A DNA stretch of 64,000 nt from Candidatus Poribacteria bacterium (GTDB taxonomy: Bacteria > Poribacteria > WGA-4E > PCPOR2b), in NCBI GenBank assembly GCA_965215015.1, contig OZ244042.1, forward strand, positions 3,840,001 to 3,904,000. The letters run 5' to 3'. Position numbers and translations under genes: made by a program. The notes under the pieces were generated by a model, which saw nothing but the letters and a program-made list of their open reading frames with translations, had not been told where the DNA came from and ran no database searches. Below, in pieces: positions 10,780 to 20,283 of the stretch; position 1 is the first letter of the stretch; each line of letters starts with the position of its first letter.

Positions 10780-10864
10780 TGTGCCAAGAGGTCATACGCG
10801 TCCCGATGATTAACCCCTTGCTAATTGGCGATAGCAACATGTCAACATGCCCTAGCAACTTGGG

Positions 10865-12877
10865 TTACTTTGCGAGCCACGCTGCGATATCTGCCTCCGA
10901 TACCGATTCTGTCTCCACCTTCAACCGATCTGCGGCACCAACGGCGTGGTACACATCTGCAATCCAATCTGTCTGAAAAGTGTTGCCGGTATTGTGGATA
11001 AGTAGATGGCGTGGTGCAACGAGTGTGCCCGCCGTGCGAAAATCGCCGACACGCCGAATGCCTGGAATGGGAAGGGTGTGGAGGTATGCCGTGTCATTAC
11101 CACTGTCGAACCGGTTGGCATCGATAACGGTATGGGCAACATCGGCAAATCCGGCGGCGAGGAGACACCATATGCCCGCTTCCCCAAGCCCGATCAGGTT
11201 AGGCCTCGCCGTTTGGGACATGAGATATGCGAGGGCGGTCAAAATGTCCTGAATTCGGAGGGCAGCATCGGTGCGGTTGTAGGTGGTGAAGTATCTGCTA
11301 CCATTATCCCGTATCACTTTTCCCTCAGCGGGTCGGTGCGCGCCGGTCAGAAACAGATCTACCCCCAAGACCGACTCCCCGGCGGCGAGAAGATCTCTCA
11401 CCAAGCGTGTCGGTTGGCCTGTCTCAGGGTCCATTAAATTCATCGCCCCTTGGGGGTGGATAATTAATGTTGCCGAACCGTTCCCTGCCTCTGCTTTGGG
11501 TGTCAAGAATAGGGCGGGGAGTTGATTCTTTCCCCCAATCACAAAGGATTGCGCGGTGAAATCCGATTCCTCAACGGAGTTGGGACGGGTCAAATCGTGG
11601 ATAGAGATTGCTAGGGAATGCCGGAGTGCGTTCCCCATCTCCCCCCGGAATTGCTCAAGCGATGCTGCGTTGGTCGGTTTACGTGCTGCAAATTGCTCTT
11701 CAGCACTTTCGATTCGTGAACGGGTGAGTCCTTCAGCATCAAGCGCGTGTTTGGGCAGTTCTCGGTTATAAAAAACCAGCAAAGCTTCGTCCCTTTCCAC
11801 CTCAAAGGGGACCTCTTTGAATTTTGTGGCGTCCTCTTCGCCCAGAAGCCATTTGCCGAACCAGGTATAGACTGCCTCGCGGCTGTCTTTGTTATAGTTA
11901 TGCTCTGCATCGATCTGCACCTGATGTATCTTGTCCTCCGCACCAAAGTGCGCGTAGATGCTGCGAATCGCTGGATATTCGACGGTGGGCGTATTCTTCG
12001 TCCAATCCCCCGTCGCGGAAACGAGCAACAAGGGTTTTGGTGCCATCAAGGCACCGATTTCGATGTTGCTGATGTCTAGTCGCAGGATTGGCGCGTTCTC
12101 ACAGAGGCAACCGCCCTGCATGTGTGCGGAGATCATGTTGACCGGCGCGGCCACTTTGATCCGATCATCAACTGCGGTGAGCATAAATGTCTGTGTGCCT
12201 CCGCCCGACGCGCCGGTGCAGCCAATCCGATCGGTGTCCACATCGGGCAGCGTCTCTAGAAAATCAACGGCTCGGATCCCATTCCACAACTGAAGTGCCA
12301 TCAGGCTCAAGCCCCAGAGTTCTTCGCGTTCTCCGCCGTACGCGTGGTCAATCTGCTCCCCACTGTCGCAGCGTCCGACCATGTCATACGAAAAGATTAC
12401 GTATCCCTGTTTAGCAAAGTTGATACAACGACCGGGGACCGAACCGGCTTCGCTGTTCTCTAGCCGCCCTCTGCCCCAATGCCCGTGCGGACTGACAATC
12501 CCCGGAAACGGTCCTTTCATCCCTTTCGGACGGTAGAGGTTTCCGGTTGTGAAAAAACCGGGATAGGCTTCAAAGTAGACCTTCTCGACGGTGTAATCCT
12601 CGCGTTCAATCCGCCCAAAGATGTGGGCGTTCAGCGGTGTTTTTTCGGGGGTTGGGGTCAATCCGTTGCTGACCAAAATATGTTCCCGAAGTTCCGCCGC
12701 TTTTGCCAACCACTCGGCTTTAGTATAGCCGGGAAATGTGTAGAGTGTGTTGACATTTCGGGTTTGATAGGTTCGCGTATCGTTCGTCGCTTGAGAGATG
12801 CCGGTGAATAGGTCGGCAAGCTCACCGTGATGTTGATCGGTGTTTGACATGTTCTTCTCCGTAAGGGTTGATTTCAT
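10865..12877 (-). CDS. Acetylxylan esterase-like double alpha/beta hydrolase
   Basis: PGIVSPHGHW, IGCTGASGGGTQT nucleophile elbow, GGCLCEN, EHNY. Confidence 0.85.
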   Translation of the reverse strand: MKSTLTEKNMSNTDQHHGELADLFTGISQATNDTRTYQTRNVNTLYTFPGYTKAEWLAKAAELREHILVSNGLTPTPEKTPLNAHIFGRIEREDYTVEKVYFEAYPGFFTTGNLYRPKGMKGPFPGIVSPHGHWGRGRLENSEAGSVPGRCINFAKQGYVIFSYDMVGRCDSGEQIDHAYGGEREELWGLSLMALQLWNGIRAVDFLETLPDVDTDRIGCTGASGGGTQTFMLTAVDDRIKVAAPVNMISAHMQGGCLCENAPILRLDISNIEIGALMAPKPLLLVSATGDWTKNTPTVEYPAIRSIYAHFGAEDKIHQVQIDAEHNYNKDSREAVYTWFGKWLLGEEDATKFKEVPFEVERDEALLVFYNRELPKHALDAEGLTRSRIESAEEQFAARKPTNAASLEQFRGEMGNALRHSLAISIHDLTRPNSVEESDFTAQSFVIGGKNQLPALFLTPKAEAGNGSATLIIHPQGAMNLMDPETGQPTRLVRDLLAAGESVLGVDLFLTGAHRPAEGKVIRDNGSRYFTTYNRTDAALRIQDILTALAYLMSQTARPNLIGLGEAGIWCLLAAGFADVAHTVIDANRFDSGNDTAYLHTLPIPGIRRVGDFRTAGTLVAPRHLLIHNTGNTFQTDWIADVYHAVGAADRLKVETESVSEADIAAWLAK

Positions 12878-12984
12878 GAATCAGTTAGCAGAACACAGGA
12901 CGACCACAAGAGTTGTCCCTACGGAATAAACTGAATGTAGGGCAGGTCTTGTGCCTGCCCAAAATACAGACAGCTTATCAAATA

Positions 12985-14955
12985 TCAACAAAACCTACCA
13001 TCAATTTGAGCGATGGCGTAAGGGAGCAGGTTTAGTTCAAGTGTTCCTTCAGCGGCCTCCACAAGCTCGCCTGCTTCCGCACGGAAGGCTTCGGGCGATG
13101 CCATTGCGTATTGCGCGTTGGTTTCGTCCAAGCAGCGAACCCGGACAGTCCCCGCCAAGTTACCCACCCGGATCTGTTGTGATTCGGGGGTCAAATTCGC
13201 GAGCAGGATCCGCGTTTTCTCGTTCCTGCGCAGGGCAACCCCTTCCACTTTCAACGGATCGCTCGATTTTGAGACCAAGATTTCTCCTCCGGTAAATTCG
13301 CCCACGTCAGCGAGGACATGATAGAGTGGAAAGACCGCGCCGGGCAGGGAAGGGAATTTATCCGGCATCGGCGAACCTGTCGCAGTTTCCATCACGCCGC
13401 GCCACCCGGTCGTTTCGTAGTAAGTCACGCGCGATGCGCTACTTTCTGACAGATACTTGATGCTGCCGAGCGTCCATCCCGCTCCAAATAGCGCCATCTG
13501 TCGCATATCAACCTGTGTGGGTAACTCGCCCGGTGCCAGTTCAGGCTCAGGTCCGGTGGCGTTGGGATTGAAGCGCGCTAAGAGTGTGACGGGTGTGACT
13601 GCAATGGGTAATCCGTCCGCGAATTGATGGGCGCTTTCAACGGTCACCGCTTGCGCCCGCAATGTCTCCATCAGCGAAGAATTGTCAAAGGCATGAACCT
13701 GCGGATTAATTGAATAGCAAACGAGGTCTAGCACGTTCACGGGGGGACGCCCGCGATTCAGGTCGGTAAAGTACGCATTGGTACCCGCCCCAATCTTTGC
13801 GTCGGAGAGGTAGCGTCGCGCGAGGGCAACCCATTGGGCGGAGGTGGAAGCCTCCGTTTTGTGGAAGATAAGATAGGTTTCAACCGGTGGCTTCACCCGC
13901 TCAACCACTTCGGCGAAGGCGCGTAATTCTTCTTCTGCTGCATCGGCCAGGAAAAGGGCAAGCTCCAGCGATACCCCCAACGCCCGCGCTTCGTCCGTCG
14001 CTTGGCGCAGTGCGGATTCATAATCGGGTTGCGTTAGATCGACATCCACACGCAGATGCGAAAGGTTTAGCAACTTAAGGTGCTCTAACTCCTGAGCGTT
14101 GAGCGAATCTCCGTGAGAGGCAACGCCCAATCCGATGTGGGGTAGCGGTTGCGCCTCGGCAGATGAAATCTGCAAGGTGATCGGTTGAGTTGCTGCCTCG
14201 CGCTGCTCGGTGCTTAACTCGCGCTGCGTTTTGAGGATTAAGGTAATCCGTTGGGAGATTTTCGTGCCGAGGGCGATTTCCACTGGAAAGGGTTCGCTCA
14301 ACGGTGTGCCGTAGGTCTTGTAAGAGGCATCGGTCCAATTGCGCTGATCCTCCATCTCGAAGACCTCGCCCTCAAATCGCACCTCCGCTTCAACCCCAGA
14401 GGTAACCTCGTAGCTGAGTGCCCGTATATTATTGAACGGTGCAACCGGCTTAATTTCGCCATCAATCAGATACTGAGGGGCAATGGAGATTGGGAAGGGG
14501 CTCTCTTCAACTGCCCCATCTACCTTCTCAATGCGGCAAGGGACGCCTGCACAGTCCATCGGGTGCAGCACACAGAAGCCGATGCGGTTGCGACGAAAGG
14601 TCGAGCGTGCCTCCCCATCCATCGAAAGAGTGATAGTCCCATTTGCGTCCCCCGTGATTGTCCCGTGCCAGAAAAAATCAACATCAGCCTCCTTGTTCTC
14701 CACATCGTAGGTGATGTGAAACGTGTCGCTGTCGCGTTCAATCTGAACGTTTGAGAGTTGGGGGGGGATGGTGTCCCAATTGTGATCGCGGACAGCGACA
14801 TAGACCCGGCGGAGAATCTCGTGGTCTCCGAACCGAATGTAGCGTAGGTCTCCCGCTTCAAAGGTCATAGATAACGGTCCCCCGCAGAGTTGTGTCCGTT
14901 CTGGCAAGGGTTCATCTTTTCCGTAATGTAACACCCTACGTGACAGTTGGCTCAT
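12985..14955 (-). CDS. D-apionate lactonase (ApnL)-like protein
   Basis: LRYIRFG..EILR..YVAVRD.NW, NRIGFCVLHP, FEMEDQRNWTDASYKTY, PQVHAFD motifs recalled from the ApnL family. Confidence 0.7.
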   Translation of the reverse strand: MSQLSRRVLHYGKDEPLPERTQLCGGPLSMTFEAGDLRYIRFGDHEILRRVYVAVRDHNWDTIPPQLSNVQIERDSDTFHITYDVENKEADVDFFWHGTITGDANGTITLSMDGEARSTFRRNRIGFCVLHPMDCAGVPCRIEKVDGAVEESPFPISIAPQYLIDGEIKPVAPFNNIRALSYEVTSGVEAEVRFEGEVFEMEDQRNWTDASYKTYGTPLSEPFPVEIALGTKISQRITLILKTQRELSTEQREAATQPITLQISSAEAQPLPHIGLGVASHGDSLNAQELEHLKLLNLSHLRVDVDLTQPDYESALRQATDEARALGVSLELALFLADAAEEELRAFAEVVERVKPPVETYLIFHKTEASTSAQWVALARRYLSDAKIGAGTNAYFTDLNRGRPPVNVLDLVCYSINPQVHAFDNSSLMETLRAQAVTVESAHQFADGLPIAVTPVTLLARFNPNATGPEPELAPGELPTQVDMRQMALFGAGWTLGSIKYLSESSASRVTYYETTGWRGVMETATGSPMPDKFPSLPGAVFPLYHVLADVGEFTGGEILVSKSSDPLKVEGVALRRNEKTRILLANLTPESQQIRVGNLAGTVRVRCLDETNAQYAMASPEAFRAEAGELVEAAEGTLELNLLPYAIAQIDGRFC

Positions 14956-14988
14956 ATCTCAATCCCCTTCCGATTGAAACAGCATTTT

Positions 14989-15012
14989 GTCGAGATATGA
15001 ATCTCGACCTAC
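14989..15012. repeat. REP-like palindrome GTAG-GTCGAGAT-TCAT-ATCTCGAC (representative copy)
   Basis: Further copies near 43876, 46727, 47968, 52226, 60317, 62009. Confidence 0.85.
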
Positions 15013-15035
15013 GGGGGCTTTTGGCTGCTGAACGT

Positions 15036-16124
15036 TTAGTAGATAATTGAGGGTTCTTTGATTCTCCGTTTCTCTGATTTTGCTCCTGTTCGCGCCCCGT
15101 ATCGGCGCAATTTTTCTTGAAAGTGTGGGTTGTCTAACGCATCGCGGTTCACCACGTTTTTTGGAACCCGTCCCGCTGCGACCTCTAAAATGCTTTCGCA
15201 TGCACTCCGTCCATTGCCGAGGAAGCACTCGTCCGTCCAGCAGATGCCGTGCGGCGTGACGATGACGTTATCTAGCTTTAATATGGGATCATTGGGATCT
15301 ACCGGTTCCTGTTCAAATACATCGAGTGCTGCCCCCTGAATGCGCCGTTCACGCAACGCGACGGTGAGCGCGGCCTGGTTAACAATGGGACCCCGAGCGG
15401 CATTGATCAGATAAGCGGTCTCCTTCATCAATGCGAGTCGCTCCGCGTTAATTAGGTGGTGTGTCTCTGGAGTCAGGGCACAACAGATGGAAACGAAGTC
15501 TGATGTGCGGAGCAATGTCTCTAAATCCACCAATTCTACCTCCGCAGCACTCGCCTGTTCGGGCGTTAAGTAGGGGTCATAAGCCAAATGACGCATCTCA
15601 AATGGTTGGGCAAGTTTGAACACCTCGCGCCCGATATTGCCCATCCCGATCAGGCCGAGCGTCCGCCCGGTGACTCCCATCCCCATATAGTCCAGCTTTT
15701 CGCCCCAACGTCCATCGCGGGTGAGGCGGTTTTTGATTAGCAACTTGTGGCTGAGTGCCAAGATGAAGGTGATGACAGCGGCGGCCACAGGGCGGCGTAC
15801 GCCATCGGGTGTGATGGTCAGTAGGACACCATTTTGGGTGCAGGCATCCACATCGATCGCATCGTAGCCGACGCCGAACCGCGCTAAAATTGTCAGGCGG
15901 TCAACGCCTGCCAAGGTCCCGGCAGTTATTGATGGTGCCAATACCAGCAAAGCATCATAATCTTGTACCTGATCACGGTGCAACGTCGGTGTATTTTCTG
16001 CTAAGATTTCCCACTCCACCCCTGCTGCCTCGTCTAGCAGACTCAAACCGATGTCGCCGAACCCAATTGTCCCATCCGGTTTCAGGATGTCGCGGGTGAG
16101 TCCCACGCGAAATGTTTGGTTCAT
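15036..16124 (-). CDS. D-2-hydroxyacid dehydrogenase (PGDH-like)
   Basis: RFGVGYD, GLIGMGNIG, INAARG, LDVFEQEP, TPH. Confidence 0.92.
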   Translation of the reverse strand: MNQTFRVGLTRDILKPDGTIGFGDIGLSLLDEAAGVEWEILAENTPTLHRDQVQDYDALLVLAPSITAGTLAGVDRLTILARFGVGYDAIDVDACTQNGVLLTITPDGVRRPVAAAVITFILALSHKLLIKNRLTRDGRWGEKLDYMGMGVTGRTLGLIGMGNIGREVFKLAQPFEMRHLAYDPYLTPEQASAAEVELVDLETLLRTSDFVSICCALTPETHHLINAERLALMKETAYLINAARGPIVNQAALTVALRERRIQGAALDVFEQEPVDPNDPILKLDNVIVTPHGICWTDECFLGNGRSACESILEVAAGRVPKNVVNRDALDNPHFQEKLRRYGARTGAKSEKRRIKEPSIIY

Positions 16125-16268
16125 AAAATTGTATCCTCCCAACGTTTATATTATTTTAAGCACTGGTGCGATATACTACTTTTGGTTGACAATCTCTGAG
16201 AATATAGAATAAAATTAAGACGTGGTTTGATAAGGACTCGCTTGGCCTTTTGAAGGAGGTACACAGAG

Positions 16269-16826
16269 ATGCCGGAAACATTGCATTTTGAACAGTTAAA
16301 AAAAACCTTCGATGCCTATTTTAGGAAATGGTGGAGAGTTGTTTCCATTTTATATTTACTCGCTTTTGGTCTTTATACAGTTGGGTTGTTTAACAAATAC
16401 TTAGACTTCGCACTGCCATCGTTTCTCCGTGCGATAGTCACTTTTGAATATTGGTCATGGATGGGCGAAATGCCAGTTGGCATAATCGGTATCGGCTTTA
16501 TCTCAGTTGGTGCACTATCAGTGGGCGTGGTTTTTATCGGTGCATTCTCTATCGGTATTGTTGCGTTTGGTGGACATTCTTTTGGAGTCATCACGATCGC
16601 GGCAGGTACACGCTATGGGTACGAGGTCGGTCCAAGGGGATGGTTTGATATCGGTAGAGCGGTTGGGTTTATCGCCATAAGTCCTGAAGCCTACGGTGTC
16701 TACGCATTATCCTATACGGGCAGAGGTGTTTATACGCTCTCGCCACACCACCAAGATGCGGTTGCGGTCGCATTGTTTACACGGTGGATGCCAAAGTTCA
16801 AGGGAGCATTCTCTCGCGCCTCTTAG
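16269..16826 (+). CDS. Hypothetical membrane protein with Gly-rich (IG/VG) repeats
   Basis: AGGAGG RBS, TTGACA-18-TAAAAT upstream (16186-16215), hydrophobic helices. Confidence 0.75.
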   Translation: MPETLHFEQLKKTFDAYFRKWWRVVSILYLLAFGLYTVGLFNKYLDFALPSFLRAIVTFEYWSWMGEMPVGIIGIGFISVGALSVGVVFIGAFSIGIVAFGGHSFGVITIAAGTRYGYEVGPRGWFDIGRAVGFIAISPEAYGVYALSYTGRGVYTLSPHHQDAVAVALFTRWMPKFKGAFSRAS

Positions 16827-17240
16827 GGCGATCTATAGAAGGTGAAAGTCGCGATTCGGAGGCTATACCTCCGCCCGTCTGTCTTGTGTAGGGGGAAATT
16901 CCAATTCCCGACTATTGCGTCGATCCGCCCCGCTGGGGTTATGTTGGTTCATCAGTAGAATTCATGAACTTTTGAACGAATGGCCCCCTTGCACTTAAGG
17001 GGTTATTGGGACAGCGGTTACGGCATACGGGGTATGCCTACTACAAGGCTTCCCTGATGACCGTTTAGGAGGTATAGTGTCAGTCAATTATACACTAAAA
17101 CGCTTTTGAAACCAAGAAAAACCAATGTGAAAGTAAAGGGGGTGCCCCCAACATAAATGTTTGGGTTTTAGACCTAAAGGATTTTTGATAAAATTTTGGA
17201 TATAATAAACGAAAATTTTAACGACCGAAAAGAATACGCA

Positions 17241-17465
17241 ATGGTGAAAAGGAAACGAGATACAGAATCCAATAGAAATGGGGCGACGCTCGGCTTTGAA
17301 GTGCCCCTATACCAAGCAGTGGACAAACTCCGTAACAACCTTGATGCCGCTGAATATAAGCATGTGGTGTTGGGGTTGATTTTCCTCAAGTATATCTCGG
17401 ACGCTTTTGAGGAAAAACGCGATTGGCTGTTCAAGGGATCTACGCTGAGATGCAGCGATCTGTAA
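17241..17465 (+). pseudogene. hsdM: Type I R-M HsdM N-terminal fragment
   Basis: [43 protein letters not shown] is the typical HsdM N-terminus; stops after ~70 aa. Confidence 0.88.
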
Positions 17466-17498
17466 GGATTTGGAAATGGTTGGGATCGGAGATAATTC

Positions 17499-19253
17499 AT
17501 GAATTTCAGTGACGAAGAGATTAAACGCCAAATGCGCCTCGGTGAAGACAGCCATTGGGAGTTCAAGGCGATTGAGTTCGCGGGGGATGTTCCTAAGAGT
17601 CCTCGTCGTGAGGATCTGGCAGACGAACTCGCCGCATTTGCCAATACGGACGGCGGTGTGGTATTGTGTGGTGTAACCGACAGCGGCGATGCACAAGGTA
17701 TGTCACGCGAGCAGATGGACGCGCTGGAGCGGGTCTTGGGGGAAGTTTGCACAGACATGATTAATCCCTCGATCCGGACTGTGGTTCTTCGCAGAGTAAC
17801 AGAGGAAGAAATGCCATTCCTGCTGGTTGAAGTGCCACAAGGGCATACCCAGCACAAAAGCCCCGGCGGCAGCTACTGCCGAGTTGGCAGCTCAAAACGC
17901 GAGATGACGAGCGATGAGCAGCTGCGTCTGGCACAGCAGCGTGGACAGGCACGCTTCCTCTGGTTTGACAAACAGCCGGTGCAGGAAACCGGATTTGGAT
18001 CCTTGGATGAATCGCTTTGGAAACCTTTGTTGAGTGCCGTAGGTGCCGACAGGCCTGAATCCGCGCTGGAGAAGATGGGCCTCTTGACAAATGACGAAAA
18101 CGGAACAACGCGGGCTACGGTGGCGGGTGTCCTGTTGTGCAGTCGTTCTCCCGAAAAATGGTTGTCTAACGCCTGCATTACCGCAACCTGTTACCGAGGC
18201 AATGACCGTGCCTCCGGGCAGATAGATGCCCAAACCATTACGGGCCCGCTGAATCGACAAATTACTGAGGCGGTTGCCTTTGCAGTTCGCAACATGCGGG
18301 TCGGTGCTTACAAAAGCCCTGCCCGTACCGACTTGCCCCAATACAGCGAGGCTGCCCTGTTTGAAGCGATTGTCAACGCCGTTGCCCACCGCGACTATTC
18401 AATTCGTGGCAGCCAAATTCGACTCTCAATGTTTGCGGACCACCTTGAAATAAACTCTCCCGGTGGGTTGCCGAACAACCTGACCATTGATAGCATGGAA
18501 TTCCGCCAGTCAACGCGCAATGAAGCACTCGCCTCTATACTTGGGGGAATACCTGTTGGAGAGGTTCGGGGTTCGGGCGACCGGCAATGCTTCATGGAGC
18601 GACGGGGGGACGGTGTGCCAATCATCTTTCGTGAAACAGAAGCCTTGAGCGGAAAGCGTCCAGAGTATAAACTAGTTGATAATTCAGACCTTTTTCTTAC
18701 AATCCCGGCCTCTCCCACGGATGCAACACCGGCAACTACCGTAATCATGTGCTACCATTGTGGCCTCCCCGTGCCGGGAATTGAGTTGTTGGCACTGTTT
18801 CCGAATAAGACCTGGAAACACGCAACTACCGACGAGAATGGCGAGGCGCAAGTTGACCTGCATTCTACACACCTGCCCATGACAGTGTTCGCGGCTGCTA
18901 CCGGCTATGCCGCTCACCTTGAATATGACTGGGTGCCAGCGCAGGGGGCACTAGCAATTGAAATGCAAAGCCTGCCTAACGGGGGGGCGGTGATTTTTCC
19001 GGAGGCGACCGGAGCTCTTCCGGGCTTGTCGGGACGTTTGAATCCCATACGCGATAACCATGACAGGACCTACCTTTATGCCTCCAACATCGCCATCAAC
19101 GAGGGCAAACAGCAGCCGGTTTATTTCATTCCCGGTGAGGATTTGCGCCTCACCGATGCCGATGGTAGAGAACTGGTAGTGCGTATTGTCGCAATCAGCG
19201 GTAGATCTGCGCTGGTCGAGTATCGTCCTTATTTCAAAGGAGATGGAAAATGA
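17499..19253 (+). CDS. Schlafen/AlbA_2 + HATPase_c_4 (RecG C-term-like) protein with beta-rich C-terminal domain
   Basis: GEDSHWEFK, AFANTDGG, EAIVNAVAHRDY, SPGGLP, RN..LA, ERRGDGV. Confidence 0.88.
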   Translation: MNFSDEEIKRQMRLGEDSHWEFKAIEFAGDVPKSPRREDLADELAAFANTDGGVVLCGVTDSGDAQGMSREQMDALERVLGEVCTDMINPSIRTVVLRRVTEEEMPFLLVEVPQGHTQHKSPGGSYCRVGSSKREMTSDEQLRLAQQRGQARFLWFDKQPVQETGFGSLDESLWKPLLSAVGADRPESALEKMGLLTNDENGTTRATVAGVLLCSRSPEKWLSNACITATCYRGNDRASGQIDAQTITGPLNRQITEAVAFAVRNMRVGAYKSPARTDLPQYSEAALFEAIVNAVAHRDYSIRGSQIRLSMFADHLEINSPGGLPNNLTIDSMEFRQSTRNEALASILGGIPVGEVRGSGDRQCFMERRGDGVPIIFRETEALSGKRPEYKLVDNSDLFLTIPASPTDATPATTVIMCYHCGLPVPGIELLALFPNKTWKHATTDENGEAQVDLHSTHLPMTVFAAATGYAAHLEYDWVPAQGALAIEMQSLPNGGAVIFPEATGALPGLSGRLNPIRDNHDRTYLYASNIAINEGKQQPVYFIPGEDLRLTDADGRELVVRIVAISGRSALVEYRPYFKGDGK

Positions 19254-19663
19254 GCTTACAGTTGAACACCTTGGCCAAATCTATTGACGCTCTGGAACCT
19301 TCTGTGGAAATCGCGAGCAGTCTTGATACTTCTGATGACGCTTTGTGGGAAACGGTTCGCGCCGGAGTCATTCAAAACTTTAAGGCCGCTTACGAGCGGT
19401 GCTGGAAAATGATGAAGCGAGGGTTGGAAGAAAATATAGGCAACACCTATGTTGATGATGTCACCCGCCGAGAACTGTTTCGTCTGGCAGCGGAAAGCCG
19501 CCTCATCACCGGTGTGGAGCGATGGATGGATTACCACATGGACCGTAACCAGACTTCCCAGGCTTACGATGCAGCGACTGCCCAAAGCATGTTTGAGGAA
19601 GCAACGCAGTTTTCAGGTGATGCTAGACAGCTTTTAGAGACGCTAGAGACACACAATGATTGA
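19250..19663 (+). CDS. HI0074-family nucleotidyltransferase substrate-binding (HEPN) protein
   Basis: RAGVIQNF..AYERCWK, RELFRLA, RNQTSQAYD; ATGA-coupled to upstream gene. Confidence 0.85.
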   Translation: MSLQLNTLAKSIDALEPSVEIASSLDTSDDALWETVRAGVIQNFKAAYERCWKMMKRGLEENIGNTYVDDVTRRELFRLAAESRLITGVERWMDYHMDRNQTSQAYDAATAQSMFEEATQFSGDARQLLETLETHND

Positions 19664-19979
19664 TCTCACTCCCAAATATCTTGAAACGATTCAGCGCATA
19701 TTGGCTGAACATGTGCCGAAATGCGAAGTTCGTGCCTACGGGTCCCGGGTGAAATGGACAGCGAAGGATTATTCCGATCTTGATCTTGCGGTTGTCGGCA
19801 GTGAACCGTTAACCCGGAGGCAGCTGCGCCGATTAATAGAGGCTTTTGAGGAATCCGACGTGCCGATTCGGGTTGATGTGGTAGATTGGCAGTCGTTGGC
19901 AGATTGGTTCAAGCAGGAGATTTCGGAGAAGTACGAGGTGATACAAGAAGCAGAATTTGGAGGCATTTACGGGAATTGA
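19656..19979 (+). CDS. Minimal nucleotidyltransferase (MNT, HI0073-like)
   Basis: AYGSRV...YSDLDLAV, VDVVDW. Confidence 0.9.
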   Translation: MIDLTPKYLETIQRILAEHVPKCEVRAYGSRVKWTAKDYSDLDLAVVGSEPLTRRQLRRLIEAFEESDVPIRVDVVDWQSLADWFKQEISEKYEVIQEAEFGGIYGN

Positions 19980-19982
19980 GGT

Positions 19983-20177
19983 ATGGAGAATAACCGCTGG
20001 AAGCTAGTAAAACTCGGTAATGTTATCCAAATCAATCCTCGGCGAACACTTCGCAGAACAGAAGTTGTATTTCATGTATCTATGCAGGATATTGAGGTAT
20101 TTAAACGATAGATTACTTCACACTCGTTCAAAAAATTTAGCGGATCAGCGGCGCGGTTTCAAAATGGAGATACGCTA
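19983..20177 (+). pseudogene. hsdS: Type I R-M HsdS N-terminal fragment with internal stop
   Basis: Manual translation MENNRWKLVKLGNVIQINPRR...VSMQDIEVFKR*ITSHSFKKFSGSAARFQNGDTL. Confidence 0.75.
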
Positions 20178-20283
20178 GGACAAACCTGTACCGTCCCGAT
20201 AGGGATTCGTTTTTAATGGTTCAACCCAACCTACGTCCTGCTTCAATCCCTCAAACGTCAACAGGACCTAGCAAGCCAATGGC

